This document shows, piece after piece, positions 26,256 to 38,821 of a DNA stretch of 64,000 nt. The notes under the pieces were generated by a model that searched no databases, was not told the origin of the DNA, and saw only the letters and a list, made by a program, of their open reading frames with translations. The stretch is from Scyliorhinus canicula. Taxonomy: Eukaryota. The DNA is taken from positions 47,987,990-48,051,989 of the forward strand of contig NC_052162.1 in the NCBI RefSeq assembly GCF_902713615.1. The letters are read 5' to 3'. The position numbers were made by a program, and so were the translations under genes. Within the stretch, counting starts at the first letter, position 1. Each line of letters begins with the position of its first letter.

Positions 26256-27917
26256 ACTTTCTTGTTATTGCATAAACAGTAATTTGCATGCTTTCATTAT
26301 TTTTGAGTCATTTAGCGGATTGAAGAAGAATTTTTTGTTTGCTTGAAGAAAGAGCTGTCTGACAGCATCCATACCTCCCTCCTGAACATACGTCCGGGGT
26401 CTAATTTACCTTCTATCCCATTTCTCTCTGGCACCTTACCACTTCAGGTCAATAACTCGTTCCTTCCAGCTCAAGTGAGAAGGACTATTGACAGCAGCTA
26501 AAATTAGTCTGCAAAGGGCTTCAGCTGCAAGTTCGAGTGATTAACTGCACTGATCAATGGAGGTACTTGTCATGGGCCTATTGCTTCTGTGAGATCACTG
26601 GCAAAGATCCAGAAATCACCATTTTGGGTAGAGTCACCCTCTTCATTGCATAGAGATCAGCATGTCAATGCACCCAGCAACCACCAATGGTCATTATTTC
26701 CAGGTTGTTCAATGCCGAGTTACCGGCAGTTAACCTATGATTGAAAGTCCTGCTCTTTATCAGGGAGGCACACCCGTAAAAATAATGACTCCCATTTAAA
26801 TGTATTGTAAAAAAAAAATACTGGATGTAACAGTGGGAGAAAATTTGACAATTATTTATCTACCAAAATGTCATATACCTCTATACAGCATTCTGACAAA
26901 AGTAATGCATTGCATGATTTACCATTCTGTACTTTTGAGGTCCCAAGATGCCAGAACTTGGATTACCATTCAGTAACCATTCAATAATTCACATGGTAGA
27001 CATCCTAATACAGTGTCTGTGGCCCATCACGACCGAATGTGCTCCAATGCCAAGGCGTCAGAATTTGTAAGAACACAAATTTGAATCTGGAAATTCATTG
27101 AGGTTTTAATCTGGTACTTTGGATTGAAATGGATGCTTGGGGCTAGATTTTCCTTTCAACACAGGGCTGAAATATGTAGGCGCTTAAAAATAGCGCTCAT
27201 TTCTGGTGCCTGTAATTTCCATCGGTGTGGAAAATGGGACAGATTGGGAGCATACATGTTGCTGTCCCGATGTTGACGGCTGAAGTGAGCATTTCTGAAC
27301 TTCTGCAATTTTGATGGAAGTGGGTGGGTTTTGATAGATGAAGTAAATTGCTCCAGCAAACAGTTGTTATGAAACATGATTTGGAGATGGGAACTGTTTG
27401 AAAAGTCAATACAAAAGGTCTTGCTTACTACATGAAATTATAGCATAATCCATATCAGTTTTAACTACAGTGATATTAGTGATTTGATTTTAAAGGATTA
27501 AGTGACCACTAAATAAGGTGGTTTCCACATTGTTACTTTCAACAACTGGCAAGCTGTCAAGGGAAAGAACACCATTGTAAAAAAGGAAAAGCCTGGATCA
27601 AGTGTTTTAAAAGGATAGCCCAGTTTGAAATCCAGGTCTGATTGTGTGAAGTGAACCCATGGTATTGAATTTTTTCTTGCCGTTCAGCTAAGCCATTTCA
27701 GTTTGGCCATTTCAGAGCTTTGATAGAAGTCTGAATTTTTGACTGTCTCGGCTCTGAAGGGTTTGTTTCCATAGGTATCAGGGGAATCTGAGGGCTTGTT
27801 TATTTTGACAGATCTATGAGCTTCTATTTTTTGAGTGGCTCTCATGTAATGCTTATTTGTTTTGATAGATTCATGAGCTTTTCAAAGATTTCTAAATTTT
27901 ATTACATGACTCACAAG

Positions 27918-28618
27918 GGGCGAAATTCTCCGACCCCCAGCAGTGTCGGAGAATCGCCTGGGGCCGCCGAAAATCCCACCCCCGCCGTGGCAGAGATTCT
28001 CCGCCACCTGGGAATTGGCGGGGGTGGGAATCACGCCACTCCGATCGGCGAGGCCCCTGCGGCGATTCTCCGGCCCGCGATGGGCCGAAGTCCCGCCGCT
28101 GGGAGGCCTCTCCCGCCGCCGAGGTTTGAACCACCTCTGGTGGCAGCGGGATCGGAGCCGCGACCGGGCCCCGGGGTCCTGGGGGGGGCGCGGGGCGATC
28201 GGACCCCGGGGGGTGCCCCCACGGTGGCCAGGCCCGCGATCGGGGCCCCCCACTCAGACTCCGGGCCAGTTCCCTGGGTGCACTCTTTCTCCTCCGCCAC
28301 CGCCACGGTGGAAGCGGAAGAGAAACGCACATCGCGCATGCGCCGGTGGTGGCGGCAGCTGGCCGCTGACGTCACCGCCGGCGCATGCGCCGACCGGCGA
28401 AAGCCTTTCGGCCAGACCCGCTGCCGGGCGGCGGGCCTGAAAGGCCGCTGGCGCTGGTTTTTTGCGCCAGTCTTCTGGTGCCAACCGCTCCAGCGCGGGG
28501 CTAGCCCCCAAAGGTGCGGAGAATTCCCCACCTTTGGGGAGGCCTGACCCCGGAGTGGTTGGCGCCACTCCCCTACGCCGTGACCCCCCGTCACGCCGGG
28601 TAGGGGAGAATCCCACCC
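27918..28618 (+). mobile_element. Harbinger-type MITE, family A
   Basis: TIRs GGGCGAAATTCTCC / GGAGAATCCCACCC; AAG TSD (27915-17, 28619-21). Confidence 0.9.
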
Positions 28619-28639
28619 AAGGTCTGATTCTAGTGGTTA

Positions 28640-29015
28640 CTGGATGAATGGATTGGGATGGTGAAGGGGTTGGGGGTATTGAAAAATGGTGAGAGAAGTT
28701 GAAGAGGGTCTGGATTGTTGGAGTAAGGGAATTGAGGGAAGTATGTGGGGGTAAGTGGGTTTGAAGGAGGTATGAAGGAAGGTTAATGGGGTTGGAAGCG
28801 GATTAATATGGTTTGAAAGGACTTAAGGAATCTGAAACAGTAAGGGAGTTTTAAGGGGGTACGGAATTTTGAATGGGGTTGGAGGTTTAAAGGGATTTAA
28901 ATGGGGTTTGAACAGGATTATGGCGATTTGAAAGGGCAAGGGGTTAAAGAGGGTTAAGGGGCTCAAAGGGATTTTGGGGTCAGGGAGCTGAAGGCTGGGG
29001 TAAGATGGGGGATGT
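28640..29015 (+). repeat. G/A-skewed low-complexity region
   Basis: Degenerate GGGGTT/GAAGG reiterations, almost devoid of C. Confidence 0.6.
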
Positions 29016-29999
29016 GGGTCAGGAAAGCCTCACACTGATTTGCGAAACTAGACTGATGTCTCTGGGAACAGAAGTAGACCTTTTATCCTGGCCACCTTGG
29101 CATTGGCCTCCATCTCCACCTCAGAGTTGCTGCCGAAGTGCTCACCTTTTCTGGATGAAATCCTGCTGGCTGACATTCTCCTGTTCGGAGGCAGGATCGT
29201 GACGTCTGGAAATTTCATCACTCCCGATCCCTGCCCCAAATACCTGGATGTTGGTGAGGAGTTTTGATCGGTCCTGTTGATTAGGCAGAACTTGAACACC
29301 TGCTCTAGGTTTGCACCTCAGACATAAGCTGAAGAAATATGGCATTATTGGACATGCTCTACTTTGGAATGAGGCATTGAAACAATGTGCCACTTGGATG
29401 TAAATAGATTCAAGAGTAGACAGATTCCCATCATTATTCCCAGATAGGGTTGCCAGGGTTTACATAAATGGTTAGTGGCATCTTAAACAGTCTGAACCAA
29501 CCAGCAACACGGGATCCTGCTAACGTAGCATGCCTTTATTCGTCAAGCACAATGTAAACTATAACATGCTGTGATTAGGGTCTCCTGAAGAAATTTCCAG
29601 CAGGATGGTTACACATTGGAATCTCATAGTGATATGTACTGGCATAGTATCCTTTAGGAGCCTAGAAACAGGAGTAGGCCATTCAGCCCCTTGAGCCTGT
29701 ATCGTCATTCAATGACATCACTGCTGTTCTGTGACCTAACTCCATACACATGCCTTTGGCCCAAATCCCTTAATATTTTTGCTCAACAATAATCCGATTT
29801 TAAATTACCAACTGATCCAGCTTCAACTGCATTTGTGGGAGAGAGTTCCAAACCTCTACTACCCTTTGAGTGAAGAAGTTCTTCCTAACAACTCTCTTGA
29901 ACTGTCTAGCCCTGTTGAGGATCTGGGATCTAGTGCCAAGGCACCCCTGCTGTGGCCAGCAGTGCATGTGCAGGGCGGGGTCCCCTAGCACAACCAGTT

Positions 30000-30942
30000 C
30001 ATTGGCACCCTGAGAGATGGCAGGGAACTTAAGGGTGGGGGAGGCTCGGGGGTTCTGAGGGTCCCGGGGGAAGCCATAACTGGTTGTTGGTTTATCACTT
30101 TCTCTAATTCGTGACAGATATCCCATTATGGATGGTATTGTGGACCCCACAGCAGCTGTCTTTGCGATGCTGTTGGCAATCCAGACGCCCAAACATCAGA
30201 AAAGGCGACTGCAGCAGCGTCGACAGAGGCCCGAGGCAGCAGCCCATGTGCAGGGATCCACCCCATACCCTGAAGACCTGGCCGCCCATCAGGCCAAGGA
30301 GGGACCAAGAGGGCGAGGCCGGCATTGGCCCAAGGTGTACAGGCACCACTGGTCATTTGAAGAGATGTCGGACAGCATGTGCCGCAGGAGGCTCCGCCTC
30401 AACAAGGGGACAGTGTGGCACCGATGCCATGTCCTTGCGTACATGGAATGCATGGAGGAGGAGGCTACCTCCTTCTGGTGGCATCAAGGACATCCCAGCC
30501 CTGAACCGTTACACCTCAGGTTCATTCCAGGGCTCAAGCAAAAACCAACAGCCCACAAAAGCATCCATGACGCCCAGCCAGCTGACTATATAAATGGATC
30601 AAGGTGCCCGGCAGTAGGACTCCCCGCTATTGCCGGGATGTCACAGGTCCAGGGGGTAATAGACGGCACGCATGTCTTGGAGTGCCCTTCATTAACAGGA
30701 AGGGTTTCCACTCCCTGAACATTCAACTAGTGTGCGACCACAACCTCAAGACCATGCTTGTGTGCACATGCTTCCCAGGGAGTGTGCATCCCCAGCTGCT
30801 TTGAGGGGCACCACCAGTTGGCTCTTGGGTAATAAGGAGTATCTGTTTAGGTTCTGGCTAATGATGCCTGTACAGAGGCTGGTGACTGATGCGGAGACCC
30901 GATATAATGAGGCCCATGTGGCCATCTAGGCTGCCATTGAGA
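30000..30942 (+). mobile_element. Harbinger transposase fragment (pseudogene)
   Basis: [53 protein letters not shown]; frameshifted. Confidence 0.85.
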
Positions 30943-31239
30943 AAAGCGAGTTCATGTTTCGAGTCCACATGCCTCTTCCTCAGCGCTCTCTTTTCTCTCC
31001 AAGACTTGCTGAGTTTTCCCTGCATTTTCTCTTTTTGTTTCAGATTCTAGCATCCGCAGACGTTTGTTTTTTTTTCTGCAATTGCCTGTTTTGTCATCCA
31101 TTTTTAAATATGGGAACAATCTACTGGAACCTCTACTGTCTACTGACTTCCCACAGTAAGCCCTTCAGATATAGTAGCAGAATTAAGCCATTCGACCTAT
31201 CAAGTCTGCTCCACCATTCGATAATGGCTGATTTTATTT

Positions 31240-32608
31240 AGAACATAGAACCTAGAACATTACAGCGCAGTACGGGCCCTTCGGCCCTCGATGTTGCGCC
31301 GACCTGTGAAACCACCTGAAGCCTATCTGACCTACACTATTCCATTTTCATCCATATGTCTATCCAGTGACCACTTAAATGCCCTTAAATTTGGCGAGTC
31401 TACTACTGTTGCAGGCAGGGCGTTCCACACCCCTACTACTCTCTGAGTAAAGAAACTGCCTCTGACATCTGTCCTATATCTACCACCCCTCAATTTAAAG
31501 CTATGTCCCCTTGTGTTGGTCATCACCATCCGAGGAAAGAGACTCTCACTGTCCACCCTATCTAACCCTCTGACTATCTTATATGTCTCTATTAAATCAC
31601 CTCTCAGCCTTCTCCTCTCTAACGAAAACAACCTCAAGTCCCTGAGCCTTTCCTCGTAAGACCTTCCCTCCATACCAGGCAACATCCTAGTAAATCTCCT
31701 CTGAACCCTTTCCAAAGCTTCCACATCCTTCCTATAATGTGGTGACCAGAACTGCACGCAGTACTCCAGGAGCGGCCGCCCCAGAGTTATGTACAGCTGC
31801 AGCATGACCTTGTGGCTCCGAAACTCAATCCCCCTACTGATAAAGGCTAGCACACCATATGCCTTCTTAACAGCCCTATTAACCTGGCTGGCAACTTTCA
31901 GGGATTTATGTACCTGGATGCCGAGATCTCTCTGTTCATTTACACTACCAAGAATCTTGCCATTAGCCCAGTACTCTGCATTCCTGTTACTCCTTCCAAA
32001 GTGAACCACCTCACACTTTTCCGCAGTAAACTCCATCTGCCACCTCTCAGCCCAGCTCTGCAGCTTATCTATGTCCCTCTGTATCCTATAACATCCTTCA
32101 GCACTATCCACAACTCCACCGACCTTCGTGTCATCTGCAAATTTACTAACCCATCCTTCTACACCCTCTTCCAGGTCATTTATAAAAATGAAAAACAGCA
32201 GTGGCCCCAAAACAGATCCTTGCCGTACACCACTAGTAACTGAACTCCAGGATGAACATTTGTCATCAACCACCACCCTCTGTCTTCTTTCAGCTAGCCA
32301 ATTACTGATCCAAACCGCTAAATCACCTTCAATCCCATACTTCCTTATTTTCTGCAATAGCCTACCGTGGGGAACCTTATCAAACGCCTTACTGAAATCC
32401 ATATACACCACATCAACCACTTTACCCTGATCCACCTGTTTGGTCACCTTCTCAAAAAACTCAATAAGGTTTGTGAGGCATGACCTACCCTTCACAAAAC
32501 CGTGTTGACTATCGCTAATCAACTTGTTCTTTTCAAGATGATTATAAACCCTATCTCTTATAACCTTTTCCAACATTTTACCCACAACCGAAGTAAGGCT
32601 CACAGGTC
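31240..32608 (-). mobile_element. Young 5'-truncated CR1 LINE with an uninterrupted RT frame
   Basis: PVSLTSVVGK..QHGFVKGRSCLTNL..DFSKAFDKV..QGSVLGPLLF..KFADDTK, open to the stop at 31332; (TTCTATG)-like tail at 31240-31260. The first ~28 aa of the 453-aa ORF come from the flanking older CR1. Confidence 0.95.
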
Positions 32609-34020
32609 CCCATTCTCCTGCCTTCTCCCCATAACCCTCTAACTCTGTCTTAAATACACTCAGTGACTTGGCATCCACAGCCTTCTGCGGCAAAGAGTTC
32701 TACAGATTCACCACCCTCTGGCAAAAAAAATTCCTCTTCATCTCTGTTTAAAGGGTCGTCCCTTCAGTCTGAGGTCATGACCTCGGGTTCTAGTCTCTCC
32801 TACTAGTGGAAACATCTTCTCCACGTCCGCTCTATGTAGGCCTCTCAGTATTCTGTAAGTTTCAGTGAGATCCCCCTTATCCTTCTGAACTCCACCGAGT
32901 ACAGACCCAGAGTTCTCAACCACTCCTCATATGACAAACCCTTGATTCCCGAGATGATTCTTGTGAACCTCCTCTGGGCCCCGTCCAAGGCCAGCGCATC
33001 CTTAGATACAGGGCTCAAAACTGCTCACAATATTCCAAATGGGGTCTGACCAGAGCCCTATACAGCCTCAGTAGTACATCCATGTCCTTGTGTTCTAGCC
33101 CTCTTGAAATGAATGCTAGCATTGCACTTGTCTTCCTAACTACCAACTGAACCTGCATGTTAACCCTAATCAAATCCTGAACTCGGACCAAGTCCCTTTG
33201 AGCTTCTGATTTCCTAAGCATTTCCCCATTTAGAAAATAGTTTATGCCTAACTCCCTCCTTCCAAAGTGCATAACCTCACACTTTTCCATATTGCAATTC
33301 CATCTGCCACTGTTTTGCCCACTCTCCTGAAAAAGACACCTTTATCCCCACTCTCTGCCTTCTGCCAGTCAGCCAATCCTCTATCCATGCCAGTACCTTG
33401 CCCCTAATTGATTGTGGAAGGATCAACCAGGGCAGTTGACGTGTTACATTAAACCTAGGCCCCCACCATTCCTCAAACCTATTCATATCATATCCAGCTA
33501 ATCTCCAATCTAACGTGGTGTATCTTCACCACGTCATGTACTTTTTGTCTTAGAGCCCATTCTGCTATCTCTTTCCTGGTGAATGGGATAGGTCGCACAG
33601 GGAAGCTGGTGTAGTCGGCAGGATAGTTAAATATAGTCAATATTCTCAGCATGCTTCTAAATTGGTAACTCATCAACTTCCCTTCCACATTGATGGAGTC
33701 CTATCATGTTTGGTAGCTTCCTGGACTGCACCTTGTCAAAAGGCCTTCACGAAATCCAAGTAGATCACGTTCACTGGCTTTCCTTTGTCTTTTTCTCCCC
33801 ATTACCTCCACAAAGAATTCTAACAGATTTGTCAGCCATGGCCTCACCTTGACGAAGCCGTGCTGACCTATTTTACCATGCCCTACCAAGTACTCCGCAA
33901 TCTCATCCTTAATAATGGACTCTAAAATCTTACCAACGACCAAAGCAAGGATAACAAGCCTATAATTTCTGGTCTTCTGCCTCCCTCACTTCTTAAACAG
34001 AGGTGTTACATTAGCCATAA
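32609..34020 (-). mobile_element. Older CR1 LINE (host of the young CR1; its 3' end lies at ~31165-31239)
   Basis: EKCEVMHFG, LYRALVRPHLEYC, VVGKILESIIKD motifs with frameshifts. Confidence 0.85.
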
Positions 34021-34560
34021 CTGGAAGCCTCTTCTGATTGCAGGCATGACCAACGTCTCCGTTGAATATGGCAGCCAGTCAGTAAATTGCCACTGGTTGT
34101 TGTACATAGGAGCAGCCTAAGCCTGTTGGGAGGTGACTGGCTCCAGCACCTTCATTTAGACTGGTAGAGGGTTTACCAAATGCAACCACATGGACCCAAA
34201 GGCATATTGGCCAGATTTACGACTGTATTCAAGGCATGTTTGGGGACCACCAGGAGGACCCCCCCCCCCCCCCCCCCCCCCCCCTTCACACAGACGTTCC
34301 ATATGCTTTGTTTCCAAAGGTAAATGCGGAATTGGACTGCATGAAGAATCTGGGGATCATAAGACCAGTACAATTTTCTGAATTGGTGGGGTCAGTCGAA
34401 CCAGTCGAAGCCTAATAGGGCAGTGTGTCTCTGCCGGGATTATGACAGTAAACCGGGTATCCAGTTCCCAGGATTGAGGGTCTGTGTGCCACGTTTAGCA
34501 GTTAGATATGCGCCATGAGTATCTCCAGCTGGAGATACAGAAGATTTGTCACCATCAATT
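34020..34560 (+). mobile_element. Gypsy pol (RT) remnant
   Basis: GIIRPVQFSE..CLCRDY..TVNRVS..LDMRHEYLQLEI..FVTIN, read across frameshifts. Confidence 0.6.
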
Positions 34561-34950
34561 CTGTTTCATGCATTATTTCAAAAATACCATTTTCCGTTGT
34601 GGGAAATTCATTGCATAATAATATCTCAAACCAGACCGATAACGCCAATTAACCATTTCTCACGTAGGTTCAGGCGCTTACAGTGCGAGACTTAATTTTT
34701 ATCTCCAGATCTCAATTTGACTAAAAGTACGTTATCTTCAGACCGTCTATCAACAACTCTATCTTTGTACTGGGATCTGCATTTAATATTTTGTCCATCT
34801 CTGAATTTTGCCACCATGGAATCCTCCATCATTTGCTTCACTGTAAGTTGTCTGTATTTATAGGAAAGAGGCTGGAAATAACTGTCTTCCTAAAAGTTTT
34901 TTTAGAGCAGCGGCTCCATGGCCCAACAGATAGCCTTTGTCATGAAATAA

Positions 34951-35289
34951 GGGCGGCGCAGTGGCCCAGTGGTTAGCATTGCTGCCTCAGAGCACCAGGG
35001 ACCCTGGTTCAATTCTGGCATTGGGTCATTATCTGTGTGGAGTTTGTGCATTCTCCCTGTGTCTGCCGGGGTTTCCTCCGGGTGCTCCGGTTTCCTTCCA
35101 CATTCCAAAGATGTGTATGTTGGATGGATTGGCTGTACTAAATTGACCCTAAGTATCCAAAAAGATGTGCAGATTCAGGGGTTAATGGTATAGGGCGGGG
35201 GAGTAATCTTGGGTGAAGTACTCTTTCAGAGGGTCGGTGCAGACTCGAAGGGCCGAATGGCCACCTCCTGCACTGTAGGGATTCTATGA
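34951..35289 (+). mobile_element. HE1-type V-SINE
   Basis: GGGCGGCGCAGTGG..GGTTCAATTC..GGGTTTCCTCCGGGTGCTCCGGTTTCC..GGGCCGAATGGCC..ATTCTATG. Confidence 0.88.
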
Positions 35290-35451
35290 GACAGAATTCA
35301 TTTCCACTTAGAAAGATATCTATTCTATGAGAAATTGAATCCAGTCAAAACTAAAAATCTATTGTTCTGAGAAATGTATACATAGTCATTTGAAAGCAGA
35401 CTTTCAATACAGATTTCGAGATTTAAAGATTAACGTTTTTCAGTCTCTTGG

Positions 35452-35702
35452 AATCATAGAAATTACAGTGCAGAAGGAGGCCATTCGGCCTATCGAGTCT
35501 GCATCTGCCCTTGAAAAGAGCACCCGACTTACGCCCACGCTTCTACCCTATCCCCATAACCCAACCTAAACTTTTGGACACGAAGGAACAATTTATCATG
35601 GCCAATCCACCTTACCTGCACGTCTTTGGGCTGTGGGAGGAACCCGGAGCACCCGGAGGAAACCCATGCAGACACGGGGAGAAAGTGCAAACTCCAAGGT
35701 CA
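35452..35702 (-). mobile_element. HE1-type V-SINE, 5'-truncated
   Basis: Core and tail; inverted relative to 34951-35289. Confidence 0.85.
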
Positions 35703-36073
35703 CCCGGCTATGAATATAGCCTTGATCACCCATTTCCTGGGTCTGTTTATGGCATGTTTAGCCAGGCCCAGGAGCTGGTTCATGAGGATGTCCTCCTCCT
35801 TCCATCCCCCTTTCCACACCCTGAGTGTCCCCATTTACAGGTGTATCAATACCCATCATTTGTTTAGCAATGCAATTGCTTTAACAATGTAATTTCCATT
35901 AAATCTTTGCAATGTATTAACCATTTAACAAACGATTACTAGTGGACTCTGACAATGTAATTAAAAATACCTTGATACCCACACATTTTCAGTCAGAGAT
36001 AAGCATACAAGCAAAAAAGAAGTACTCAACAGGTCTGACAGCATCTGTGGAGAGAGAAAAAAACAGACTTAAT

Positions 36074-36724
36074 GGCCGGGATTCTCTCCTACCCGGCGGG
36101 GCGGAGGGTCCCGGCGTAGCGGAGTGGCGCCAACCACTCTGGCATCGGGCCTCGCCAAACATGCCGACTGGTGCCAAAACCGGTGCCAACGGCCTTTGAT
36201 GCCCGCCGGCCGGCGTCGGGGCTGGCCGAAAGGCCTTCGCCGGTTCGCGCATGCGCCGGTGCGTCAGCGCCCGCTGACGTCACCACCGGCGCATGCGCGG
36301 TAGGGGGGTCTCTTCCGCCTCCGCCATGGTGGAGGCCTTAGCGGCGGCAGAAGAAAAAGAGTGCCCCCATGGCACAGGCCCGCCCGCCGATCGGTGGGCC
36401 CCGATCGCAGGCCAAGCCACCGTGGGGGCATCCCCTGGGGTCCGATCGCCCCGCGCCCCAGGACCTCGGGGGCCCGCTCGCGCCACCAATTCCGCCGCCA
36501 CCAGAGGTGGTTGAAACGACGTTGGCGGGAGAGGCCTGTCAGCGGCGGGACTTCGGCCCATCGCGGGCTGGAAAATCGCCGCGGGGGGCCCGCCGATCGG
36601 CACGGCGCGATTCCCGCTCCCGCCGATTCCCGGGTGGCGGAGAATTCCGGCCACGGCGTGGGCGGGATTTACGCCGGCTTTGGGCGATTCTCCGACCCTG
36701 CGGGGGGGTCAGAGAATTCCGCCC
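36074..36724 (-). mobile_element. Harbinger-type MITE, family A, inserted into a Penelope end
   Basis: TIRs GGCCGGGATTCTCT / AGAGAATTCCGCCC; AAT TSD (36071-73, 36725-27). Confidence 0.9.
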
Positions 36725-36900
36725 AATGCTTCAGATCTATGACCTTTCTTGAGAACTGATTTAACAGATGTTAAGCATGAAAATTCATAGTAAAGCTTCA
36801 AGAAGGGAAAGTAAAGAACAAAAGGAAAGTTCTGTGATAGGGTAGGAAGAAGGAATGATTGAATGGATAACAGAATTATTACCAGCTCATTTAGAACCAA

Positions 36901-37076
36901 AGGAGCTGGTTTAGCACAGGGCTAAATCGCTGGCTTTGAAAGCAGACCAAGGCAGGCCAGCAGCACGGTTCAATTCCCGTACCAGCCACCCCGAACAGGC
37001 GCCGGAATGTGGCGACTTGGAGCTGTTCACAGTAACTTCATTTGAAGCCTACTTGTGACAATAAGCGATTTTCATT
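36901..37076 (+). mobile_element. Short tRNA-derived SINE
   Basis: Same family as 6177-6352. Confidence 0.85.
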
Positions 37077-37730
37077 TCTGTCACCTTTCCTCCCAAAAAA
37101 TAGGGACAGTGATTATTATCTGAATTCGTTGATCTTGACCTTGTGCAAGATTCTCTGTTTGGGAGGCTATGTTCTCATGCCGGAGCTGGATTGCACCTTT
37201 GCGCTCCCAATAGGAAGTGATTCCCAATCCTTAGCCATGCATAATTATGTGTGGTGAGGATTGTAAGGGTTTCTCAAGGGAATTTTGACCCGATAACGAG
37301 GTCCCGCAGCTGACGGCCCACCTTCCCACACAACCATTTTGCCCCCCTTCCCCCACACAGTGCAATTCAGTCCCCCACCCCATGGATTATCTGGTCGCTC
37401 CCCCCTCGCCAATATGGGGGTGACCTGAACAGCCTCCCTCCCTCTAACAGAGACCCCCTAAATAAGGAATACCCCCCACACGGACTTCCCAGAAGAGACC
37501 TCTGTTAGGAAGCCCCCAAGAAGAGAGACCCCTGTCTTAAGTTAGAGAGCAGTCTAGACACAGGCAGTGAAAACCTGGGCAATACACCTGCTGGCTCAGA
37601 CAGGAAGCAGCACCTACCAATTCCTGGAAAGAGAAAACCAGTTAGCTGGGTTTAAAGCCCCTTTGATCTGCAAGCCATGCATTCATTTCTCTTTTATGTT
37701 GATTTTACTAGGGTGTGATTGACAGTTTCC

Positions 37731-37761
<31 letters not shown>

Positions 37762-38188
37762 ATCCCCCCAGCTGTCAGCATTGTTCCATTCATCTTCCTT
37801 CATGGTTGATTGAAGTGGTCATCCAGAAACTGACACCAGTTGCCTGTGTTTGTAGTCCAGGAGCTATCAATCAAAGCTTCATGTTTATTAACGTTGTGGT
37901 TAGACCACTTCAAAGTTACTCAGGCATGAAGGAGGATGAATGGAACACTGCCGACAGCTGATAGTGTGTGAAAGCTTTCAATCAAAGCCTAATAAAATGT
38001 CTGGACTGCTCTCTAGCTTCCTGACAGGGGTCTGTTCTGGGGGCGTCCTGATAGGGGTCTCTCTTCAAGGGCAGCTTCCGGAGAGGAATCTCTGTTCTAA
38101 AGGGCTTCCCTACAGGGGCCTCTCTTCTGGGAGATCTGTAGGGGTCTCCTTATTTTGGGTGTCGGTGGGGTCGGGTCTCTTATTTAGG

Positions 38189-38821
38189 GGGCGGGATTCT
38201 CTCATCCCGTGGCAGAGTGTCCACGCCGTCGTAAATGCCGTCGGGTTTTACCACAGCATGAACGGGCCGCTCCCAGGAATAATTCTGGCCCCCACAGGGG
38301 CCCAGCACGGCACTGGAGCGGTTCACGCCACTCCAGCTGCCGATCCCGGCGCGAACTGTGAGCCGCGGGTTCCGCGCATGCGCAGTGGCTCTGGCGCCAA
38401 TTCTTGCATGCGCAGTGCCTTCCTTTAGCGCGCCGGTCCCGACGCAACATGGCGCAGGACTACAGGGGCCAGCGCGTAGAAAATGAGTCCCCCAGCCAGA
38501 GAGGCTGGGCCGCCCCCCGCCCCTCCCCCGGGGTCGGAGCCCCCCCCCTCCACAGGTCGCCACCCGACCCTTCCTCGCTGAGTTCCCGTCGGCTGAGAGC
38601 AGGTGTAGACGGCTCCGGGAAGACTCAGCGTTTCCACAACGGCCGCTCGGCCCATCCCGGCCCGAGAATTGGCAGGCCAGCCGCATGAGCAGCCCCCAAC
38701 CAGCGCCACGCCAACCACGCTGGCGCCAATGGTGCAGTGGAGAATTGCGTGCGGCGTCAGGGCGGCATGGCCCAGTCGCGGGGATTCTTCAGCCCAGCCC
38801 AGGGCTGAAAGAATCCCGCTC
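38189..38821. mobile_element. Harbinger-type MITE, different internal sequence (family B)
   Basis: TIRs GGGCGGGATTCT / AGAATCCCGCTC; TSD AGG/CGG. Confidence 0.8.

Noticed and set aside
31332-32693. Host 453-aa gene
   Set aside because: 5'-truncated CR1 RT fused by chance to flanking LINE sequence with a non-ATG start.
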